Part shown: in pieces, positions 9,542-21,262 of the stretch
Position numbering within the stretch: position 1 is the first letter of the stretch
Layout: every line of letters begins with the position of its first letter
Origin: Leucoraja ocellata
Lineage: Eukaryota
Length of the DNA stretch: 64,000 nt
Reading direction: 5' to 3'
NCBI GenBank assembly: GCA_036785375.1
Contig: JAWMAR010000427.1
Location: 1 to 64,000 of the forward strand
Notes under the pieces: generated by a model
What the model was told of the DNA's origin: nothing
What the model saw: the letters and a program-made list of their open reading frames with translations, nothing else
Database searches by the model: none
Program-made: the position numbers and the translations under genes

Positions 9542-12500
9542 GGTCGCCCTCACAGAGTGCAGGCCACGCACAGCTTCACTGGACGCCTGGAAAACAAGCA
9601 GAGGCTGAAGATCAAAACCTGTCCACGCTGGAGGTCAGAAATCAAAGCAGGAAACACTCAGCACACCAGGCAGCATCTGTGGAGAGTGAAATGGTTATCG
9701 TTTCTAATCTGAGAACCTTTGCCAGAACCCATGGCTCTGACAATGGAGTCTTGATCCGAGACATTAACTCTGTTTCTCTCTCCACGGATTTGTTCAGTGT
9801 TTTCTATCTATTTCCACATCTTGCAGATGGTTGCTGCGATTTGTGAGGCTCATTGCAAACTCACTACTTCTTGTATACTGTGTATATCCGACTAAAGATT
9901 CTTTGTTTTTTTTCATCCATTTCCCTTTTGCATTTATGGTCTAAACACATGCACTGTCACTTCCCTCTGTGTAATAAGGACTCTCTTTGCAAACTGCTCG
10001 GTGTGCATTTTCTATTCTAATGGATGATCATAGACTTCAAATGTGGATTATCTTCCTTTCTCCACAGATGCAGCCTGACCTGTTGAGTATTTCCATCACT
10101 TTCCTTTTTTAATTTCTATTCAATACAAACTACTATCAATTGTCAGCGCTGCTGACTATGCTTTCACTGAACCCCATTATGAAGGCTTCATTGCAAACTG
10201 CTAATTGCATTCGCAGATCTCATTACAGCTGTTCACTGTGAATCAAAACAGTTTCATTACAAACTGCTAACCATGCACTTGCATTAGACAAAATGTGTTA
10301 GAAGGAACTGCAGATGCTGGTTTAAACCGAAGATAGACACAAAATTAGACAATTGTTTGAGGGCCAGAGGCAGACTTTGAGCTGTGTGCAATATACACAT
10401 GGTCTTTAAGAGATATAGTGCATGAAGTGTACAAGGAAACATAAAACAATACTGTAGGTGTGTTTGGCTTCTATAATGAATGTTAGCCTGCAGCATAGTG
10501 TGCAGACTGTTGAAATAAATCCTACAAATGGTGACAAATGTTTAGTAACATCGCAAGTAATGCAGTAATAAATATGACCGGTAATCTTTGTAGCCCACAA
10601 TAAGGAACCTATCCCATAGTGGTGACTGCAGTATAGTCAGTAATCAGAGCATGCACTATAATTTTAATTTAATGGATTTTGCTGCTTTTATAAATGTTTT
10701 GGTGTGAATGTGTGTACACACATATCCATTACCTCAAGTTCCACATATTTTTAGATAGTTATTAAGATAGTTTAGATAGTTATTAAGAGTCCCCCAACTT
10801 TAAACTGCCTCAACACATATCCAGCTGCCTATAATAATCAATATTACTTGCAGAGAGAGATGAATGTAACCTTCACAGTGAGTATGTTGTGTAAGGTCCC
10901 CGTTGTAATAAATGAACAGACAGTTAAGATTATGCTAATTGCATAATGATGATTATGCATTGATGAAATGAGCCTGCTGTGATGAGTGGCAAACGTTGTG
11001 TGGAATGGAGCTACCACTTGTGGCCAGTAGGGGTCAACACCGCTCAGTCCGGCGCGTGACAGAGACACCACATGGAAACAGGCCCTTTGGCCTATTGAGT
11101 CTGCGCCAACCATCAACTGCCCATTTACTGTAATCCTACGTTGATCCCATTTTTACTCCCTACATTCTCAACAATACCTCCGAGGGTCTAGCACTCGCCT
11201 CTACACTAGGAGCAATTTACAGCAGCCAGTACACCTAACAACCCATGTGGCTTTTCGATGTGGGAGCAAACCGGAGTACTTGAAGGTAACCCACACGATC
11301 TCAAGGAGGACGTGCAAACTCCACACAAGCAGTGCCAGAGACCAGGATTGAACCTGGTTCTCTGGTGCTGTGAGGTGGCAGTTCTACTCGCTGTGCCACT
11401 GGTGTGCGATTTCTGTGGGCTACAGGGAATGAATGAGGAGAAAGGAGCTTTCAGTGGTATCCATGTGAGTAATTTGTGCTTAAAACTGGACAAAAGTAAA
11501 ATAAATAGTTACAAAGAATTAGTTATAAAAATAAAAATTAGTCAATAATATCATCACCGGCACAAACAACATAACTGTGCTGGTTGGCTTCAAGGTTTAT
11601 TTCAGCAACTGCCCTTGTAATGATGGAGTGATGGATGCGAGATCCACACTGCCCTAATTTGACAATAGGAAGCAACTGACAATTTTGTCAACATTGAGTT
11701 ATTGCATGTTTTAGGGTATTTGAGATATGCTCTACACAATGGTGAACAAAATAAGTCTTCTCTGAGTACAATTTGAAAATATTTATACCAGAGAAGTAAG
11801 AAATTCCATCACAGAGAGCTGAAAGAAAAAGACGTCTTCCTCATTTACAAGAAAACGCCTTTCTGTCAGTTGCATCATTTTGTCAAAGTAGGGCAGCATA
11901 CACCTCAAGACAGACACAAAATGCTGGTGTAACTCAGCGGGTCAGGCAGCATCTCTGGATAGAAAGAATGGTCGTTTCAGGTCGAGACCCTTCTTCAGAC
12001 TCAAAATCAAACACCTCATCCTGGATTCTCCTTGGCTTCAGAGGGTGACTGGAGAGCCCGTGTCGGCTGGTCAAGGAAGCTCCTCTCCCCTGGCGTTCAG
12101 GAGGGGGAGTTGGCAGTGGGCACCCTCTCGACACCACCTTTACTGCAATTCTCAATCATTTTGCCAATGTGACTGATAAGGTTTTCATTGCAGAGATTCA
12201 AACAGGCGAGGACATGGAGAGATGGGAAATTAAAAGAAAGACAAGATGGAGAGAAATGAAAGCCAGTGGTTTGATTTTCAACAGGGCTCCGACTGGCTGA
12301 ATTTTGAGATGCATTTTGTTAGACTAAGAAAGAAAGCAAAAGACCAGTGAGGGTCGACACATCCCACACACGGTGACTGCAAATCTAACAAAGAGTTGTG
12401 AGACAAAGAACAAGGACTCAGGATTTCTCAGCAAGCTGCTGAACTCTCTCGTTGCTTACTCTGCACAGGGTGCCTGTCGGAAAGCACTGGATAAGATTCA

Positions 12501-14442
12501 GTTACCAGAGATAGAAGCTGTTCCGCTAAAAAGAATGCAAGGAATGCTTTGCTCAGACCCCGAGCCCTCCTTCATCCTCCTTTGGCCAGCGGTTCAATGG
12601 AACAGCCCCCAGACAGGGCCGGACTGAGGTTGAGTTTGTAATGACTCTTGGAGGCGTTCTCTGATACCCTACTCAGACAATCTTCAAACATTCTTCAAAG
12701 CGACTTGGAGAGACTCGGGGGGATTCTGTAGTGACTAGGGATCATCTGACACAAAGCACCTTCTCACCAGAATCAGGCAGGCTGATGGAGAAAGACCAGC
12801 TGCATCTCTCTATCACTCTTCTTCCCCTCTCTCTCGCTCTATGTGCTAGCTCCTCTTTCTTGCTGTCTTTTGGATTTTCCCTTCTGCACGCTCTTTGTTC
12901 CATTGTAGATTTAGAATTTCCATGTGACATAGAGCAAGGCTATTCAGTACTTTGAGTCTATGCTGGCTCTCAGAGTAATCCCATTCCCCAGTCACCTATT
13001 CTCACTAGGAAGCCCATGTTCCCTCTGACTCGACCCACAAACTCGGGACAATATTCAGCATCCGATTAATCGACTGACCGACATGTCTGGGATGTGGGAG
13101 GAAAGCAGAGCAGGTGAGGGAGTATGTGTGAACCACACAGACAGCGCCGGAGGTCAGGACTTATCTCTTCCTTGTCTCTTCCCCTTGCCAATGTCTTTTT
13201 CCCTTCTCTCTCAAACCTCTTCCTCTCCTCTTCCCCAGCTGCGTCGCCCTAGCTTGAGCTGTCTGAGTGGTCTGGCACGAGGTGGGGGGGGGGGAGATAG
13301 TGGTGGATGGGGTGGGATGTAGAAGGGGGATAAAGAACCAAATGCTGCAGTTGGGTGAGGGTAGAAAGGTAGGAGAAACATAGGAGGGGTGGGGGTGGGG
13401 GGGGGGGGGGGGGCAAAGGGCGGTTTAGGGAAGGCTGAGGAACTGTGCCAGGAGCTCCCTATTTATCCTAATACCCATTTATCTAATTATTTTATCTATT
13501 TATCTATCTACTTAATCTATCTGACAATCCCTAGATATTCCCATCTCAGGGTGTTATTCCATTTTGTTTTTCCCCCAGCTCTGATGAGTTATCTATACAT
13601 CTTCTATGCTGTTTCTCTCCAGTTAATCTGCCTGCTTTCTACAGACTATATCAGTTTGCAAAGTTTCCCTGATTTGAAAAGGAGATTATGTGCCTGCTGC
13701 TGTATATACTGTTGTATCGAAGTCTGACACACACTTCTGAAGCTGTACCCTTTGCTCTGCTTACTCCAGCAGCATGAATGTAAACATTCAGAATTTAATT
13801 GCTGGTGCCATTGGATTGGCATGTAGTTTGTACGACAAACCTCCTACAATGAGCTTTTGATTGCTCTCCAAGGCTGCATCAAAGTGAGGGTTTGGTAAAA
13901 CACAGCAAGGTATGTGTTACTGCGCTTTGCTGTGCAAAGTCACAGCATGCAACAAACAGCTCCCTTCCTGAGCTCCAGAGCGCGAGTTTTCTCATCAAGT
14001 ATTTAAAGTGCAGAATAACACAATTACAGCATTACCTCACTATTGAAGGTTCCTGGAAACTATTAAAGAAGTCAATGAGATAGCAGCAAACATGGGGATG
14101 TTTGCACTGAGATAAAAGGATTCCAGGAAAGACTTTGCTGAAACTATTGTTTTGTTGCACGAGGTCCTAAGATAGTTTTTCTCTCCCTTTTTCCTCATCC
14201 TGTTCTATGATTATTTCCCCCTGGTTATTACATTCTCTTCTCGCTTGCTCTGGGTCTTGCCTCTCTCTTTCCTCTCTCTATCAGCCTGTCACCGCTTTAT
14301 TTATCAACCCCCCCTGCCCATCGCCTCCTCTTCCTCTCCCCTCCCATGCCCACCGTCTCCCTTCCCTACCTCTCTCCTCCACGCACAGCAGCTCCCTTTG
14401 TTTCCCGCACTGCAAACTGCAACATGCTGCACACTGACTTAC

Positions 14443-14605
14443 CTGCTGCCAGTGACATCCCAGCCGGTGCTCAGCAAGAAAGGGTCCCACGCCTGAATTC
14501 TGCCTCGAAATCCACCTGCGGTGTTTATACAGTGAAAGGTGAGGTACTAAATCAGACGAGAGCTGTACATTTCCCAAATACGCTTCCAACCAGAGCTGAG
14601 TGAGT
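14443..14605 (-). other. GPR17: Candidate non-coding first exon of GPR17
   Basis: Consensus donor CAG|GTAAGT on the - strand (exon ends 14443), about 30 nt downstream of a TATAAAAG box; pairs naturally with the acceptor at 9586. Inferred, no transcript evidence. Confidence 0.6.
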
Positions 14606-14700
14606 CAGTCTGACAGAGGGTGTTTCTCTTTTATAAGTGATACAGCGGCTGGCGACAGGCTATTGTTCAGCAGCCAACAGAGGGAGCTCATTGTTTGCCG
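14601..14700 (-). promoter_or_regulatory. Candidate GPR17 core promoter: TATA box plus Sox-type and AP-1-like sites
   Basis: TATAAAAG on the - strand (+ CTTTTATA 14628-14635); Sox cores CTATTGTT (14660-14667) and CATTGTTT (14689-14696); TGAGTCA at 14601-14607; non-repetitive context. Confidence 0.55.
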
Positions 14701-15969
14701 TATGAAAAGAATTTCAATTTTTTTTCGCTCCCTAAAAGTTTGATAAGAGGATCTTTATGATTTTTTTTTCTGTGTGAATCCTTTATAGGGGTCTTGGAGC
14801 GGGTCAATGTTGCTCGGCGTGCTTCACTGTGGGGCTGTGTCACCCGCTGCTCACAATGAGAAGTTTCAGTTCTGGCACATCAGCCCAGAGACAGCGGTGG
14901 CAGTGAGGAGGGAGGCTGGGAGGCCTAGCAACCAAGGAAGGCTACTGAAAAATGCACTGCACTTCTGCGTCTCAGACCCATGAAACAGAGGCGTGTTTAG
15001 TGCGCCAGTGCCCCGAGATAATATAATCTCCCTGTCTCGCCCTCACGCTCCACTGAATAAAGTGAGCGCATTCTGTGTGGCCGCTGGGTGGGACAAGGGA
15101 CCCTTATTTAAGTTAGCACAGCTTTAGCCGATCACCTCCTACGTGAATTGGTGGAATTGGGGGTCTAAAAGAGTCGTAGAGCTGCATTACTCCCACCCAC
15201 TGAGGAACAGGTACGGAATGTGAGGCGATCCTGTACAGTGAATATTGTCTGTGTTGGATCAGTCTGATGAAAGGTCCTGGCTCAAAATGGCATCTGTCCA
15301 TTCCCTCTACATATGCTGCCTGATCTGCTAAGTCTTTCCAGCTCAACATTCCAGCATCTGTAATCTCTTGTGTTGACAATAACTGTGACACGGAATGGAT
15401 ACAAAGCACAAGTTTTGTAATGCATAACATTTTGTCGGTACTAACTGACATTATCTAATACAGAGTAGAATGCATGCAAGACCTCTCGACTAAGTAACAC
15501 TGGAACAGGTCCTAAATGATAACTGTCCCTACTAATGGAGGGCAGCTCCCTGAAACAAATTGACCAGTCAACTACAGAGTGGGTCCCAGCTCATGCAAAG
15601 TGGATCCTGGGCACAACTTGACCCTGTCCATTGCCCAGTGACCCCTTGATGTAAATTGGCCCTATCCATTGGGGATCAGATCCCAGACACTCAGTGTCTG
15701 GGACAACAATTTGCCCCGTCCAATACAATGTGAATCTTCGGCTACTGATTCTCTCCAATCTTGAGCAGGTCCTCGATACTTAAAGTCACTCTCCAATGCA
15801 GTGCAGGACCCAGAGGTTAATTAACTTTGTGCTGTGTAATGCAGAGATTCAACAATTGATCCCATCCAACATGGTGCATGTGCTGTTCCCAAGTGATTAC
15901 CATCTGAGCCAAGCGCATTCAAACCTTTTTAAAAACGTTTACAACACAGACCAGATTCTAGAATTATAG

Positions 15970-16510
15970 TGGATGAAATCTATAGCTGGGCACTGATATT
16001 TTTTAACCATCTATAATCAGGCACTGATGATTTAATGAGCATTAACCAGACGCTGAAGTTTCAACTGTCTGTGACTGGGACTAATATATTCATAATATGT
16101 AACTGGACCCTGATATTTTAACATTATCTGGACAATTATGGTTTACTGATCAAGGAACCAGGCATTGATGGTTTAATCAAAATTAACTGGGCACAGATAT
16201 TTTAATCAGCTATAAATAGACACTAATACTGGGATACATAACTAGATAATGAAGTGCAAATCAGTATTAACCAGCCAATTATGTTTGTTTTTTACCAGGC
16301 TCTGTTCTTTTAAAACTAAAACTGGATATGGATATTTTAAACATTCATAAGTGAGTGCTGATGGTTTGATCAAGTATAAAAGAGTTCTGATGTGTTAATC
16401 ATTTATGTCATTATCAGCATTAATCAAACACTGAAGTTTTAAACCACATAACTCAGGGGCAATGTTTGAATCCTCTGTAATCACCCATTGATGTCTTTAG
16501 TCATGCTAAT
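15970..16510 (+). repeat. Degenerate ~30-bp tandem array (consensus ~TATAACTGGGCACTGATRTTTTAATCAGC)
   Basis: Recurrent aactgggcac(t/a)gatattttaa / aatcaggcactgatgatttaa / aactggaccctgatattttaa units; inverted units at 17570-17910. Confidence 0.6.
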
Positions 16511-16559
16511 CAAAGCACAATTTCCTAGGTTTATGAGCCTCCCCCCCAGCCTAAAGTTC

Positions 16560-17240
16560 AACTTTATTAACATATGCACAAGTCTGGTGAAAGGTACAGG
16601 TACAATTTAAATCTTGCTTGGAACACCTTCACAGATCCATAGACAGACAAATAAATAAACCAGCATCTGCAGTTATTTCCTGAACATAAAAACAGATTAC
16701 ACGTTACATTCTAAAAGCAAGAAGACTGTATAAAAATCAAGACATTAATGCAAAAACATGATTAGAAAATAAACAAGTCCATGTTAAGGCAAGAGGTGTG
16801 CTGTAGTGATCCGTTGCTGAGGTATGTTGTGATAGGTTTGTTTAAGAACCTGATTGTTGTAGAAAAGTAATTGTTCTTGAACCTGGTGAGGTGGAACGTC
16901 AGGTTTTTGTACCACCTGCTCGAAGGTTGCAGTGAGAAGAGGGCATGGTCTGGATGGGGGGGGGGGGGGGGGGGATCCTTGATGATAGGTGCTGCTATCT
17001 TGAGGTAACATTTCATGTAGATGTAGATGTAGGTCCCGTCATGGACCGGCTGAGACCACCACACTATGTAGCCTCTTGTATTCCTGTGTGCTGGAATTTC
17101 CATATCAGGCAATGCTGCAACCAGTCAGGGTACTTTCCACAGTACATCTGTGGAGGTTTGCTGGAGTACTTCGAGACATACAGAACTTCTTTAAACTTCT
17201 AAGAAAACAGAGAACTACCTTCTTTGTGGTAGTCTTGGCC
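16560..17240 (-). mobile_element. Rex1/Babar-type LINE 3' fragment
   Basis: IIKDP..HPDHALFSLQPSSRWYKNL..TRFKNNYFSTTIRFLN, the characteristic Rex/Babar RT C-terminus. Confidence 0.75.
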
Positions 17241-17760
17241 CAGGACTGGTCAAATTCTCAGGTTTCAGTTCAAATTCTCAGGTTTCAGTTCAAATTCTGT
17301 CCAAACAATAACAAACAAATAATTATTTCCTGTTTTAATACTGTAGCAGTGTAGCTTGTCTTTTATGTATACCAATTTGTTTCAACATTTATCAGTCCTG
17401 GAATCTCAGTAGACGGGAGTCTACATTCTAGCCATCCTCCCTTGACTTCAAAGCTTCCCCAGTTTACAAACTAAATTAAACTTTTATCATAAACAATAGC
17501 TGTTTGACTTCCCTGTGCATTAAACACTGACATTCAACTATGTCGACAACATTCATTTGATTTGCTTTTCCGGAACTGAAACCAGGGTATTAAAAAAAAC
17601 TTAGGAAATTGTGCTTTCGTTAGCATGGCTGAAAACATCAGTGGCTGATTATAGAGGATTAAAACATTGGTGCCCGATTTACGTTGATTAAAACTTCAAT
17701 GCTCGATCAATGCTGACTATAACATGAGTAACTAGATTAACACATCAGTGTCCAGTTATA

Positions 17761-17857
17761 GGTACACAAAAATGCTGGAGAAACTCAGCGGGCGCAGCAG
17801 CATCTATTGAGCGAAGGAAATAGGCAACGGTTCGGGCCGAAACCCTTCTTCAGACTG
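17761..17857 (-). mobile_element. 97-bp hammerhead-bearing Penelope-type terminal unit with 14-bp target-site duplication
   Basis: Flanked by AGTGTCCAGTTATA (17747-17760) and AGTGACCAGTTATA (17858-17871); - strand contains CTGAAGA AGGGTTTCGGCCC GAACC GTT. Confidence 0.75.
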
Positions 17858-18189
17858 AGTGACCAGTTATAAATGATTAAAGCATTAGTTATGGATGATT
17901 AAAATGTCATTTCATCAACCAAAACACAAAGCAAGATACTGGCCTGAAAACTATCAACTTCATTAGTTTCTGTTTGACTGATAAACAGTAGAGAATATTG
18001 GTGTTACAGTAGTGTAGAGGCCAGGTTACTGAATGCAAGTTCTGGATCTCCAATCCAGAGAAATGTATCCAGATTCTTTCATGGTAGGAGGGGAAGTTCA
18101 ATTCAAATAATTAATTAAATATGAAATGTTATAAGTTGCTAGTTGTAGTAATGGATTGCCATAATAACTCATCACTCTCACTCTTCATT

Positions 18190-18870
18190 GTATTGGTATT
18201 GATATTGTTTTATTATTGTCACGTACACGAGGATACAGTTAAAATGTGTTTGCGTGTTGTCCAGCCAATTCCTACCATACATCAGCACAATCAAGGCAAG
18301 TACAATGGTGCAACGAGACAAATAAACTGAGTGCAGAATACAGTGTTACAGCTACAGAGATGGTGCAGATAAAAAATGTGCAAGGGCTGCAATGCGATAG
18401 GGTGGGAGGTCAGGACCACACTTTTTGCTTATGACAGGACTGTTCAGTAGTCTGGTAACAGTGGGGCAGAAGCTGTTCCAGAATCTGGGGGTATGTGCTA
18501 TCAAGCTTTGTATCTTCTGCCCGATGAGAGAGGGGAGTAATGGGAAAGACCAGGGTGTGAGTAGTCCTTGATTATGTTGGCTGCTTACCAGAGGCAACCA
18601 GTGTGCATGGAGTCAATTGTGATGAGGCTGGTTTGTATGATGGACTGGGCTACATCCATAACTCTCTGCAATTTTTATTATCGTGGGCAGCGCTATTGCC
18701 AAATTCCCAATAGGATGCTATTTCCAATAGGAAGCCATGTACGGAACATGTGTAGAAGTTGATAATAGTCAATGGAACCAAACTCCTAGGTCTTCTGAGG
18801 AAGTTGAGGCAATAGTGTGGTCTCTTGGCTTTAACGTGGATGACCCTGGACAAATGGTTGGTGAATTTTA
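18190..18870 (-). mobile_element. Rex1/Babar-type LINE 3' fragment
   Basis: FPLLPSLIGQKIQSLIAHTPRFWNSFCPTVTRLLN and KAKRPHYCLNFLRR..INFYTCSV remnants; a + strand 3' end of the same type at ~20200-20510. Confidence 0.7.
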
Positions 18871-21198
18871 TGTTCACTGAGTTGGATGATCAGCCATGAT
18901 CATATCGAATGGCGGTGCAGGCTCGAAGGGCCGAATGGCCTACTCCTGCACCTATTTTCTATGTTTCTATGTCTTGGAACTTGAAGCTCTCAACCATCTC
19001 CACATCAGCACCATTCATGCTGACTAGGGCGTGTAGGACGGCACGGTAAACCAACCTGAAGGCTCGTTCGAGCTGCCCGAAAGCTCGTTGGACGGTGTAA
19101 CTGGGAGGGAGCTGGAGATGTCAGATGCGAGGAGTTAGGGCAGGTAAGATGGTGAACCAGGGTATTGCCTCGAACGCCTTCCAAGCCAGCTGCCAGCAGC
19201 AATCCCCTGGACACAAAGATGACCAGACTAGGAGAGGGACGTCGGTTCGCGGGAACTACTCTAGTACATGGAGCGCATGGACCGACCAGACTTTGGACTT
19301 TAAATAATGGCACTAAAAATGGCGGTGCCAGCATGAGTATTATATCTACTGCTGCACCACTGGTCCCCAAAGATCAGTCCCACATGCTAATTGGGTCAAT
19401 GTTAAATGTTCCTGAACAGTGGATGCACTTTATCATAGATTTTTCCTGGTATTTGGAGCTGGTATTTTCCTGGTGCCCATTGATCGACCCTGTGAAGGTC
19501 GAAGACCCATCTCCCCTTCCACACAACTCTGCAGCCGTCAATCTGCAGACTTGACTCGAGTTGCTTTCATTCAGTGTGTGGCCAGAAAGAAAGTTAAAGC
19601 AATTCTGAGGGTCAAAGGTAAATGAATGCTAAGTGAATCATTACGGAAACAGCTGCCGCTGTTCATGATACCCTGAACATACCTCCCGTTTGACCCATAG
19701 AGGCTCTTCCACTTGCTGTTAATATGCAGTGTATTGAAGTCATGACTAAATCTCTGGAAGAAAGCAATTTTACAAAGAAAGAAGCTTTGCTTTCACAAGA
19801 GCTGTGCCAAATAGTCAGTTGGGAATATATGCCCATGAAGATGAGTTCAGTGGGTACAGCCGGTGCCTTACAACGCCAGAGACCTAGCTAACATCCTGAC
19901 CACAGGCAATGTCTTTATGGAATTTGCATGCTCGTCCTGTAATCGTGTCCATTTCCCCCGGGTGCTCCAGTTTCTTCTGACATCCCACAGATGTGGGTTA
20001 ATTGGCTGCTGCAATTTGCCCCGAGTGCGCAGGTGAGTGGTTGGAACTGTGGGAGCTAATGGGCATGTGAGAATAAAGTGGTACTGGTATGAATGGGTGC
20101 CCGATTATCGGCAAGGAGTCAGTAGGCTGAAAGGGCTGTTTCCAGCTGCCTGACTCACCATCTCATTGATAATTGATGGGACTCATGACTCCTATCGGGG
20201 TGCATCATACCTTTGGCAGGCACAAAAGCTTCAAACCACATTCTACCAGATTCAAGAATAACCTCTTCCCTGCTCTTATCAGACTCTTGAACAGATCTCA
20301 CATATGCTATGGATGAAATCCCGATCTTCCAATCTCCTTCATTTTGGCTCTTGCACTTTTTTCCTGCACTTTTCTCTATCTAACACCATATTCTGTACTC
20401 TTTCTGATTTGCACTACCTGATGCACTCGTGTATGATATGATCTGTCTGGATAGCATGCAAAACAAAGTTTTTCACTGTACCTCGGTACATATGACAATA
20501 ATAATCCAAAATCTTGAAGAGGAGATGTGAGAAATTCAGGGAAAAGGGTGAGAAGCAACAAAGGTGGAACTTCGGCAGAGCTGCAGGATCTGTGCTCTCA
20601 CTGACCACTCATGCTACTGATAATCGGCAAAGCAGTCGGGTTAAAGTGTACCTTTGGCCAGCCAGGTCGGGGAAAGTTCAACAATGAACGTCTGCCCTCC
20701 TAGAGCATTGGATGGCCTCTCCCTGAATAATGAAGAGATTATTAGTGAAATGAAAACAGAAAATGCTGGAAATAACCAGAGGAGGGATGAAATGTGTCGA
20801 TGTGTCATGGCAATGAGTCTTCGATGGGTTCAAAGGAGATGAAGGTATAAGATGGGTTTACATATAAGGAGGGGATATTACATATATTCTTTCAATAAAG
20901 AAGATGCCATGTTGATTTGAAAAGAATGAGATATTAGTTTTTATTGAGTGTGAAGGAGCTAACGGGTTTAGTATAGGGGAGATATTAGATGTTGGTGATA
21001 GGGCAAATCGGAGTATTTCAAAGAGAGGAAGTGTGGGGGAAGGGTGACGGTGTTAGGTTCACAGATACCGGATCAGTGGGATGGAGATATTGTACTGGTT
21101 TGTGAAAGACAGACAACAGACTGTTTCCATGTTGAGGGGATATTACAGTTTTAGATCTGTGTGTACTGTGCCCTGTAGGATCACCCAGAAATGGAAAC

Positions 21199-21262
21199 TC
21201 CATGGCTGTCGTTTTCCTGACCAGGATAATGGTTGTGTATTTGAGAAATGCCCAAGGACTAT
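21199..21262 (+). repeat. Left arm of a 64-bp inverted repeat (partner 22711-22774)
   Basis: TCCATGGCTGTCGTTTTCCTGACCAGGATAATGGTTGTGTATTTGAGAAATG(CC)CAAGGACTAT; 62/64 identical to the reverse complement of 22711-22774. Confidence 0.9.

Noticed and set aside
9542-9571. ORF-track start of GPR17 at 9571
   Set aside because: It is a GTG; the first ATG in a good context (GCGACCATGG) is at 9541.
8510-9712. Long ORFs overlapping GPR17 (8510-9049 +, 9278-9712 +, 8616-9257 -)
   Set aside because: Antisense and alternate-frame shadows of a GC3-rich CDS; no recognisable protein features.
15500-16510. Possible CRISPR-like repeat-spacer array
   Set aside because: Eukaryotic context, degenerate tandem units without unique spacers, no cas genes.
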